From Terriglobia bacterium (GTDB lineage Bacteria > Acidobacteriota > Terriglobia > Acidiferrales > UBA7541): 53,585 bases of DNA. Where the stretch lies: NCBI GenBank assembly GCA_041496565.1, contig JBGQEW010000001.1, positions 1-53,585 of the forward strand. Reading direction: 5' to 3'. The stretch's first letter is position 1. Every line of letters starts with the position of its first letter. The notes under the pieces were generated by a model. That model was not told the origin of the DNA. It searched no databases and saw only the letters and a program-made list of their open reading frames with translations. Shown here one piece after another: positions 46,655 to 53,585 of this stretch. A program made the position numbers and the translations under genes.

Positions 46655-49288
46655 ATGAAGAACGGGAAGCGCACGAAAGTCGAGAGTCTGAAGCACAAGG
46701 ACAAGCGCACGAATATTCCGACTGAGGAATTGCGCGATTTTGTCGCTGAAGACGAGCGCAAGCCTAAAACAGTAGTGCTCCCTGGCTTGCTATACGCCCG
46801 CGATCCGTCACTCGATCCACAGCTCGTCTGGAAGGGCAAAGACGAACAAGACCAGCAGGCATTGGAAGTGCCCGCCGTTCCCATTTACATCCAGGAAAAG
46901 ATTCACCCGCACGCGCTGATCGAAGACCTGCGCTCCGAGGCAAAGAAAAACGGCCAGGGTGAGCCCCTCTCTCTTTTCGCCGATTTCAACGGAATCAAAT
47001 TCGAGGACTTGGTGGACTTCTACGCTCACAAGGACGGCGTCAACTGGTCGAACCGGATGATCTTGGGCGATTCGCTGTACGTAATGACCTCTCTCGCCGA
47101 AAAGGAAGGACTCAAGGGCAAGGTCCAGATGATCTATATGGACCCGCCCTATGGCATCAAGTTTGGTTCCAATTGGCAGGTTTCCACTCGTAAGCGCGAC
47201 GTGAAGGATGGCAAGGTCGAGGACGCTAGCCGCGAGCCTGAAGTTGTGAAGGCGTTCCGCGATACATGGAAGCTTGGCATCCACTCCTATCTGGCCTACC
47301 TGCGCGACCGGCTCGTGGTGGCCCGAGACCTGCTCACCGAGACTGGCAGCGTCTTCGTCCAAATCGGCGATGAGAACGTCCACCTCGTGCGCTGCTTATT
47401 GGATGAAGTTTTCGGAAGCGATAATTTCGTAAGCCAAGTCAGCTATGCCACAACTGGGGGCTTCGACACTCTCACGCTAAGTCGCATCGGTGACCATTTG
47501 ATTTGGTACTGCAAGGACATCAAACAGATCAAGTATCGGCAACTCTACGTCACAAAGGGTTCCGTTCTTGAGCAGCAGAAGAGCAAGTACGACCAGGTCG
47601 AACTTGCTGATGGTACGCGACGCCGCATAAATAAACAGGATCGCGAAAACGGACTTCCAATCGGTGCTCTACCCTACCGTCTCGACAACATGTTTGGACA
47701 AGGACCCGCTGATGGGCCGACGCCATTCGCCTTTAAAGGACGGACATATCATCCTCCCGCAAACAATCATTGGAAACCTAACTATCCAAACGGCCTTGAA
47801 AGGTTGGTAATGGCCAACCGAATTCAAACTACTGGGGATTCTCTCGCTTATGTTCGCTTTCTTGCGGACCTAAGCGTTCAACCGATCAGCAACACGTGGA
47901 CGGATATCTCTGGAACTGTGCAAAGCCGTAGTGAGGGTAAGATTTTTGTTGTCCAAACAAGTACAAGCCTAATCGAACGCTGCCTGTTGATGACAACCGA
48001 CCCAGGCGACTTGGTGCTCGATCCGACGTGCGGGAGCGGGACGACGGCGTACGTCGCCGAGCAATGGGGAAGGCGTTGGATTACGGTTGATGCAAGTCGA
48101 GTCGCCCTGGCCCTGGCGCGCACCCGTCTGATGGCTGCCATGTACACCTACTATCTGCTGGCCGACTCGCCCGAGGGTCTCAAGAAGGAAGCGGAACTAA
48201 CAGGCAATCTGCTCCCTGAGTCCAAGACGGAAGGCGACATCAAAAAGGGCTTTGTCTACGAACGCGTCCCGCACGTCACGCTGAAATCCATCGCCAACAA
48301 CGCCGAAATCAAAGAGGGCTTGAGTCGCGAGGAGATTGACCGCGCCATCGCCCGCCACGCCGACACCGAGCAACTCTTTGACCAGCCCTACGAAGACTCC
48401 AAGCGCATCCGCGTTACCGGCCCTTTCACGGTCGAGAGCCTCTCGCCGCATCGAGTCCTTTCGGACGACGAACAACCTGCTTCAGAGCGCGAACCGCAGA
48501 TGGACGCTGGCCCCGGTCAGTTTGAAACAATGATCCTCGACAATCTTCGCAAGGCTGGAGTCCAGAACACTGTTAAGAACGAGCGGTTGAAATTTGAACG
48601 CCTCGAACCCTTTGCAGGGGTCTGGGTTCATGCCTCTGGAGATTACATCGAAAATGGGAAGTCTAAACGAGTGGCTGTTTCAATTGGCCCTGAACACGGA
48701 ACCGTTGGACCAGACCAAGTGAAAGAAGCAGCAAAGGAAGCAGTGCAAGGTGTCGGCTTCGACCTTCTTCTTGTGTGCGGCTTCGCATTCGATCCTCACG
48801 TCTCTGAAGAAGCGAAGCGCTACGGAAAGCTCAACGTGCTGACCACGCGAATGAACCCCGATCTTTCGATGGGCGACGAACTGTTGAAGAAAACGGGCGC
48901 CGGAAATCTCTTCATGATTTTTGGCGAGCCCGATATCGACATAAAGAAAACGAAAGACGGCAAGCTTACCGCCGAGATCAAGGGCCTCGACGTATACGAC
49001 CCCACAACAGGACAAATTCGCAGCCATTCAACTGACGACATTGCCTGCTGGTTCATAGACACGGACTACAACGGGGAGAGCTTCTTTGTCCGCCATTCCT
49101 ATTTCACGGGAGCCGACGAGCCTTACGAGAAGCTGAAACGCGCCCTGCGTGCCGAAATCGATGAGACAGCATGGTCCGCTCTCTATTCCACCAAGAGCCG
49201 CCCCTTCGATCCGCCGAAGACAGGCAAAATCGCCATAAAGGTCATCAACCACTACGGTGATGAAGTTCTGAAGATTTATAGCGTGTAG
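46655..49288 (+). CDS. mod: Type III-like DNA methyltransferase Mod subunit (beta-class N6A/N4C MTase)
   Basis: 877 aa. Catalytic motif IV QMIYMDPPYG precedes the AdoMet motif I VLDPTCGSGTTAYVAEQWGRRWITVD (beta-class order). The long N- and C-terminal regions are typical of Mod partners of DEAD-box Res proteins. Confidence 0.88.
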   Translation: MKNGKRTKVESLKHKDKRTNIPTEELRDFVAEDERKPKTVVLPGLLYARDPSLDPQLVWKGKDEQDQQALEVPAVPIYIQEKIHPHALIEDLRSEAKKNGQGEPLSLFADFNGIKFEDLVDFYAHKDGVNWSNRMILGDSLYVMTSLAEKEGLKGKVQMIYMDPPYGIKFGSNWQVSTRKRDVKDGKVEDASREPEVVKAFRDTWKLGIHSYLAYLRDRLVVARDLLTETGSVFVQIGDENVHLVRCLLDEVFGSDNFVSQVSYATTGGFDTLTLSRIGDHLIWYCKDIKQIKYRQLYVTKGSVLEQQKSKYDQVELADGTRRRINKQDRENGLPIGALPYRLDNMFGQGPADGPTPFAFKGRTYHPPANNHWKPNYPNGLERLVMANRIQTTGDSLAYVRFLADLSVQPISNTWTDISGTVQSRSEGKIFVVQTSTSLIERCLLMTTDPGDLVLDPTCGSGTTAYVAEQWGRRWITVDASRVALALARTRLMAAMYTYYLLADSPEGLKKEAELTGNLLPESKTEGDIKKGFVYERVPHVTLKSIANNAEIKEGLSREEIDRAIARHADTEQLFDQPYEDSKRIRVTGPFTVESLSPHRVLSDDEQPASEREPQMDAGPGQFETMILDNLRKAGVQNTVKNERLKFERLEPFAGVWVHASGDYIENGKSKRVAVSIGPEHGTVGPDQVKEAAKEAVQGVGFDLLLVCGFAFDPHVSEEAKRYGKLNVLTTRMNPDLSMGDELLKKTGAGNLFMIFGEPDIDIKKTKDGKLTAEIKGLDVYDPTTGQIRSHSTDDIACWFIDTDYNGESFFVRHSYFTGADEPYEKLKRALRAEIDETAWSALYSTKSRPFDPPKTGKIAIKVINHYGDEVLKIYSV

Positions 49289-49336
49289 TTCGTGAACGGC
49301 AGTCCTGGCCGACCTGGTCGGCCCGCTCCAAACGAG

Positions 49337-49413
49337 TGGTAGGCCCGTGGGGACTCGAACCCCAGACCTCTACCGTGTCAAGGTAGCGCTCTAACCAACT
49401 GAGCTACGGGCCT
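49337..49413 (-). tRNA. tRNA-Val (anticodon GAC), CCA encoded
   Basis: Reverse complement: AGGCCCG TA GCTC AGTTGGTTA GAGC G CTACC TTGACAC GGTAG AGGTC TGGGG TTCGAGT CCCCA CGGGCCT A CCA. Confidence 0.93.
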
Positions 49414-49576
49414 ATGTTCCTACAGCAGCTGAAGCCAGCTTACTGACGGCAGCCATTTTATCATTTGCCAGGGAGTGGGCATAGCGGGCCGTCATAGTGA
49501 TTTTGGAGTGCCCCAGTAGTTGAGAAACCGTTATGAGATCGACGCCCGCGCGCACTAGGCGCGTCGCAAAGGAACG
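49412..49576 (-). pseudogene. Tyrosine recombinase (phage-type integrase) C-terminal fragment
   Basis: Reverse frame reads (K)RSFATRLVRAGVDLITVSQLLGHSKITMTARYAHSLANDKMAAVSKLASAAVGT*. This is the R-H-x-F-A-T...LLGH....T..Y catalytic end of Int-family recombinases. There is no upstream part. The stop (49412-49414) overlaps the 5' end of tRNA-Val. Confidence 0.7.
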
Positions 49577-49671
49577 TTTTGAAAGGAAAGGGCTGGCTGG
49601 CCTCCGTGATCAATCAAGGCGACCCAACCGAATCCGATACCGGATCCGAGCGGATGAATTCCCGCCGGCGA

Positions 49672-50223
49672 TTAAGTGATCTCTCTAAGCAGTTCGTTCA
49701 TTCTCGAGTGCAGGCGTTCGTGGGTTCCGACCCCCATCTTCTGGATCTCCATCCGCTCGAATTCCTGGGCGAGCCGCTCTTGTTCCTCGTTCGTCAGCAG
49801 ACTTTCCGCCATCTGGAAGAGAACGTCATTTTCTTTAGCGATGTGCTCACGCAGAAGGTTGGTGTATTCCCCGGCGGCTTGCGCCCAGCGCCGGCCGGAC
49901 ACCCCAGGACTGTCCTGAAATTGAGAAGCAGCCAGTTCCATTTCGTGGATGAGTTCACGACCGCGGCCGTGCTCAGAAAGCATGACGCCGATCGGACCGC
50001 CGCCCCGGGGTATCCCTTTTTTCTCGAGTAGGGGAAACAAGAAATCTTCCTCCTTGCCGTGATGACAACGGTCGGCAAAAAGCCGAAAGAACTCAAGAAG
50101 TCCGTTCAGAGTATCGGACGAAACCTTCTCGCCCAGAAGGAGCCTCCGCCCGACTGCGTCGGTCGCGTCGAGCATCTTCAGAATCACATCGTGCTCTTTG
50201 CGAAGGATATCAGTTGCAAACAT
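49672..50223 (-). CDS. Hemerythrin-like (HHE cation-binding) domain protein
   Basis: ILRKEHDVILKML, FADRCHHGKEEDFLFP, MLSEHGRGRELI, LLREHIAKENDVLF: repeated His/Glu ligand helices of hemerythrin-like proteins. Confidence 0.8.
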   Translation of the reverse strand: MFATDILRKEHDVILKMLDATDAVGRRLLLGEKVSSDTLNGLLEFFRLFADRCHHGKEEDFLFPLLEKKGIPRGGGPIGVMLSEHGRGRELIHEMELAASQFQDSPGVSGRRWAQAAGEYTNLLREHIAKENDVLFQMAESLLTNEEQERLAQEFERMEIQKMGVGTHERLHSRMNELLREIT

Positions 50224-50385
50224 GGTCCAGCCTCCTCTTACACACTCGACTGCTAGATCGATGTGTGCATTGGTGCGGTCAAGAAGATTCGTTCCTGTTT
50301 CCTGAACATTTTAGTTTCGTCATTCTGGCTAAGTCTGCTTGCGATGAGTCTCCAGGGAATACCCGCCTTGCAAAATCTTTGTTGG

Positions 50386-51000
50386 TCAGCGCCCCAAGCG
50401 GCTGGAGCGAGTTTTGTGACTGAGAAGCCCCGAGATGAATTGTTCCGCGAATTCCTCGCCGATTTCTATGGAATTCGCTTCGCCGGAAGGGTCGAACCAG
50501 TAGGGAATCCAATTGAGCGAGCCGAGAAGGGCAAAGGTTGCCAGCTTGGGATCAGCGTTCCGGAAGACACCCGCCTTAATTCCGTCGGTGATGATGCGGC
50601 GAATACCACGGTCGAAGCGGTCGCGCTTCGCAATGACCTTCTGCCTACGGGAAGCAGAGAGCGCCTGCACGTCCATGGTCAGAGCGGTTCCGCGCAATTC
50701 GTCAATCATCATGTGTACGAAGGAGACGATGACGCGGCGTAATTTTTCCTGCGGTGGATGCGAACTGTCTTCGACCTTCTTGAGCATTCTCAGGAGAAGG
50801 TCAAGAGCAAATTCGTGGCAGGCAAAGAGGATGTCCTCTTTGTCCTTAAAGTAATAATAAAGGTTTCCCTTCGTCATGTGGAGCGCGCTGGCAATTTCAT
50901 CGACACTCGCCCCGTAGTAACCTCGCCGGCGAAACGCAGCTGCAGCACTCTTCAGGATTTCCAGGCGCATTTCACCATTTCTGGCTCGCCTACTGCTCAT
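50386..51000 (-). CDS. TetR/AcrR-family transcriptional regulator
   Basis: RLEILKSAAAAFRRRGYYGASVDEIASALHMTKGNLYYYFKDKEDIL is the TetR N-terminal HTH signature. Divergent from the crotonase gene. Confidence 0.9.
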   Translation of the reverse strand: MSSRRARNGEMRLEILKSAAAAFRRRGYYGASVDEIASALHMTKGNLYYYFKDKEDILFACHEFALDLLLRMLKKVEDSSHPPQEKLRRVIVSFVHMMIDELRGTALTMDVQALSASRRQKVIAKRDRFDRGIRRIITDGIKAGVFRNADPKLATFALLGSLNWIPYWFDPSGEANSIEIGEEFAEQFISGLLSHKTRSSRLGR

Positions 51001-51108
51001 TTTGAATTTCCCTCGCCCAGCGCTCCCGATCCCGTAAAAGCCGTCTTGGGGATAATATGGGATTCCAATATGGGGCGCAGTACAGCCAGAATGGGGAGGA
51101 CCTCCTTC

Positions 51109-51882
51109 ATGCCAGCCGAGTATTCAAGCATCGTCTTCGACATCCGAGAGAGTGTGGCAAGGATTACTCTGAATCAGCCACCTTTGAACATCATAGACAT
51201 TCTCATGATCGGGGAGATGCATCGCGCGCTTGCGCGAGTCCACTCCGCGGGTGATCTGAAAGTGCTCGTCATCGACCACCAGGGGAAAGCCTTTTCGGCC
51301 GGGGTCTCCATTAAAGACCATACGCCCGACAAGGTAGGGGAAATGATTGAGAAGTTTCACGGCATGCTCCGTCTTCTCCATTCACTTGCCGTCCCCAGCC
51401 TGGCGCTGGTCGATGGAATGGCTTTGGGCGGTGGCTGCGAACTGGCTGTTTTCTGCGATATGGTTATCGCCTCTGACCGGGCCACTTTCGGCCAGCCGGA
51501 GATCAAGGTAGGAGTCTTTCCCCCTGTGGCCGCGGTCCTCTTTCCACACCTCATTGGCCGGAACCGGGCGCTGGAATTGCTCCTGACGGGCGATATTATC
51601 GAGGCCGCCGAGGCCAAGGCGATCGGCCTCATCAACAAGGTCATTCCTGCCCAAAGCTTTCGCGAAAAGGCGGACGAATTCATCAGCAAACTCACGTCGC
51701 TGAGCGGTCCTGTACTGAGACTGACAAAGCGCGCGGTGGACCGCGGCCTCGATGCGAGCGTGGATGAGGGTATCAGTGCCGTTGAGCAGCTTTACCTTCA
51801 GGAGCTTATGAAGACGGAAGACGCCCGCGAAGGTCTGAATGCTTTCTTGGGACGGCGCAAGCCGATCTGGAAAAACAAATAG
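51109..51882 (+). CDS. Enoyl-CoA hydratase/isomerase (crotonase) family protein
   Basis: Met118 of ORF 50758-51882, with GGAGG 9 nt upstream. ITLNQPPLNIID, KAFSAGVSIKDH, ALVDGMALGGGCELAVFCDMVIAS, EGLNAFLGRRKP. Confidence 0.85.
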   Translation: MPAEYSSIVFDIRESVARITLNQPPLNIIDILMIGEMHRALARVHSAGDLKVLVIDHQGKAFSAGVSIKDHTPDKVGEMIEKFHGMLRLLHSLAVPSLALVDGMALGGGCELAVFCDMVIASDRATFGQPEIKVGVFPPVAAVLFPHLIGRNRALELLLTGDIIEAAEAKAIGLINKVIPAQSFREKADEFISKLTSLSGPVLRLTKRAVDRGLDASVDEGISAVEQLYLQELMKTEDAREGLNAFLGRRKPIWKNK

Positions 51883-51929
51883 CGCCGAAAACCATACACT
51901 GCTTTGCGGGGAAGCAGAGGATCTGTCCA

Positions 51930-52217
51930 TTACCTTGTTCTCTTGCGGGTATAAATCGTCTGGAAGTAAAACGAGACGACGGTCCGGCAATCTTGGCAGT
52001 TGTCCGGCAGTTCCTCGGGAAGCACAGGTTCCGCTCGCACCTCGTATCCCAATTGGCTGTAAAGCTCCATTGCTTCCTTCGCGCGCTGCTCATCGGCAGT
52101 GAAGCGGCGTTCCCATCCTTGGGCAATTAGTGAGGGGTTGGGCTGAAGCTGGGTGTCGGAGAGGAATCTTCGGCTCACGCCATCGAACAGATTATCTATT
52201 TTGATGAACTTCGCCAT
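51930..52217 (-). CDS. Hypothetical small protein downstream of the BcrAD-type ATPases
   Basis: ORF 51930-52238, ATG at 52217 (MAKFIKIDNLFDG...). No recognisable motif. Tightly linked to the upstream gene (17-nt gap; an overlap if the start at 52238 is used). Confidence 0.4.
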   Translation of the reverse strand: MAKFIKIDNLFDGVSRRFLSDTQLQPNPSLIAQGWERRFTADEQRAKEAMELYSQLGYEVRAEPVLPEELPDNCQDCRTVVSFYFQTIYTRKRTR

Positions 52218-52234
52218 CGCCGTCTCTTTGGCCT

Positions 52235-53077
52235 TCAATTTGGTTTCCCGGCCTCGGCGACAGGAGAACCATCGCGAGCGGGCAAATTCAGTTTTTGCAG
52301 CCGGCGTTGCGCAAGAATCGCGGCGCCCAGGGCACCAACGAACTGCACCAGTTCTTCCGGTGGAACATTCACTTCCGCCTTAAGGTGTTCGCGAACAACG
52401 CGTGCCATGGTCTCGAAGCGCAGGATGCCGCCGATCAAGGTGAACTCGGGCTCCATCTGAACGCGCTTCATCAGTTGTACCGAACGGTCCACCAGCGACG
52501 CGATGGCGCCGTGCATAATGTCCGCGGGTGCGCTCCCAATCGACAATTGGTTGATCACTTCGGATTCCGCAAATACCGCGCAGACGCCGGAAATGGCAAC
52601 TTGCCGCTTCGAAGTTGCCACCAATGGGCCAATCTCGGTGGTCCCGTAGCCCAAATATCGCGCTGTCTTCTCCAGGAAAGCGCCGGTTCCGGCGGCGCAC
52701 TTGTCATTGAGGCGGAAGGACTTGACCCGGGCCGACTCGTCGATCCGGGTGGCTTTCATCGTTTGGCCCCCGACGTCGAGAATCGTACGCGTTCCAGGGA
52801 AGAAAAAGGTCGCGCCCCGCGCGCTAGCAGTGAGGTCGGTTACTTGCGTATCGCTGAATGGCACCATGTGACGCCCGAACCCGGTGGCCACGACGTAGGA
52901 AATGTCGGATTCCGCCAGTCCCGCACTTTCTAAGGCACTTTGATAAACCTGCCTTGCCACTTCGGCGAGTTTAAAACCGGTGTTGTTCAAGGCGTGGCCG
53001 AGGATCACACCTTGGTCATTGAGGACTACCGCTTTGGCGTAAGTGGAACCAACGTCGATTCCGGCGGTACAAATCAT
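52235..53077 (-). CDS. BadF/BadG/BcrA/BcrD-type ATPase (benzoyl-CoA-reductase D / dehydratase-activase family)
   Basis: [19 protein letters not shown] (ASKHA phosphate-1), [41 protein letters not shown] (cluster Cys), IGGILRF. Confidence 0.85.
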   Translation of the reverse strand: MICTAGIDVGSTYAKAVVLNDQGVILGHALNNTGFKLAEVARQVYQSALESAGLAESDISYVVATGFGRHMVPFSDTQVTDLTASARGATFFFPGTRTILDVGGQTMKATRIDESARVKSFRLNDKCAAGTGAFLEKTARYLGYGTTEIGPLVATSKRQVAISGVCAVFAESEVINQLSIGSAPADIMHGAIASLVDRSVQLMKRVQMEPEFTLIGGILRFETMARVVREHLKAEVNVPPEELVQFVGALGAAILAQRRLQKLNLPARDGSPVAEAGKPN

Positions 53078-53585
53078 GACGGCCTCCCTGTGGTTGCGGA
53101 TGCCCGCCCGGCCAGAACGTGATCCAGAGCGAATAAGGCAGCGCCCAGAGCACCCATGAAATGGGAATCGTCGCTCACGTTCAGCTTGGCGTTAAGACCC
53201 TTCTGCAGCGCCTCAATCATTCCAATATTGCGCGCCACTCCGCCCGTAAACGTGATCTCTTCCTCGACTCCGACCCGCCGAAGCAGCCCAATGGAGCGCG
53301 CCGCAATCGATTGGTGAACACCCTGTAGGATGTCCTCGATCTTTTTCCCTTTGCCCAGCCAGGAAAGTACTTCGGACTCGGCGAACACGGTGCAGGTGGT
53401 GCTGATGCGCACGGGCCTCTCGGAGCGCAGGGCCGTCGGACCCAATTGATCCAAGGGAATGTCGAGGGCACTGGAAGCCGCGCCCAAGAATCGTCCTGTA
53501 CCTGCCGCGCATTTGTCGTTCATGCAAAAATCCACAATTTCGCCTGAGGGGCGTACGCGGATCGCTTTGGTGTCTTGACCGCCCA
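53074..53585 (-). CDS. Second BcrA/BcrD-type ATPase, 3' part (N-terminus lies beyond the right edge)
   Basis: The frame stays open to the window edge: ...[34 protein letters not shown]...[15 protein letters not shown]...FTGGVARN. The stop overlaps the next gene's start (53074-53077). Confidence 0.85.
   Translation of the reverse strand, partial: GGQDTKAIRVRPSGEIVDFCMNDKCAAGTGRFLGAASSALDIPLDQLGPTALRSERPVRISTTCTVFAESEVLSWLGKGKKIEDILQGVHQSIAARSIGLLRRVGVEEEITFTGGVARNIGMIEALQKGLNAKLNVSDDSHFMGALGAALFALDHVLAGRASATTGRPS

Noticed and set aside
49337-49576. An SSV-type arrangement, in which integration into a tRNA splits the integrase gene into N- and C-terminal parts flanking the element.
   Set aside because: That mechanism is archaeal and needs the att site inside int. 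I found no int N-terminal fragment at the other island border (around 42800-42900) and no tRNA-derived repeat there.
1-53585. CRISPR arrays, rRNA genes, intact IS elements with terminal inverted repeats, prophage structural genes.
   Set aside because: I looked for regularly spaced direct repeats, rRNA-like conserved stretches and transposase ORFs with flanking inverted repeats. Only the REP/RAYT unit, the three-copy repeat family and the integrase stub were found.

Overview
High-GC (about 60%) bacterial chromosomal window. The gene content is reminiscent of Acidobacteriota, but that is inference only. Most of it is ordinary, densely packed housekeeping DNA:
- a translationally coupled argR-argC-argB-argD-argF-argG-argH-GNAT-argJ operon
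- amt-glnK-glnD, thiI, an RRM RNA-binding protein, an acyl-CoA ligase and an APC permease
- a TetR/crotonase/BcrAD-type ATPase cluster at the right edge

Five regions deserve attention.
1. 5825-13518 (minus strand): an ArsR-led six-gene complex-I / group-4-hydrogenase-like membrane module. Its 'large subunit' appears to have lost all four [NiFe] cysteine ligands (Ehr-type, function unknown).
2. A roughly 70-110 nt non-coding repeat with no family I can name, present three times in the same orientation (13574, 20516, 21673).
3. 13801-20366, the region 3' of tRNA-Asn. A giant Ser/Thr kinase with three tandem sensor modules is cut off mid-module at about 17835 by an out-of-frame orphan RHS core tip. 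That tip carries an unrecognisable C-terminal toxin domain and is followed by a candidate immunity gene and a 5'-truncated TPR gene remnant.
4. 42898-49576, a lower-GC island 3' of tRNA-Val. It holds a Type III R-M system whose res gene has an in-frame TGA and an apparent catalytic Lys-to-Thr change. A REP-flanked RAYT transposase sits between res and an intact mod, and an integrase C-terminal stub abuts the tRNA.
5. 310-5621: a TonB-dependent receptor / YfiR (DUF4154) / hybrid histidine kinase module. The receptor is frameshifted inside a G7 run.

No CRISPR array, rRNA or intact IS element was seen. Internal start coordinates were derived by counting residues in the supplied ORF track. All family assignments come from motif recognition by eye, not from searches.
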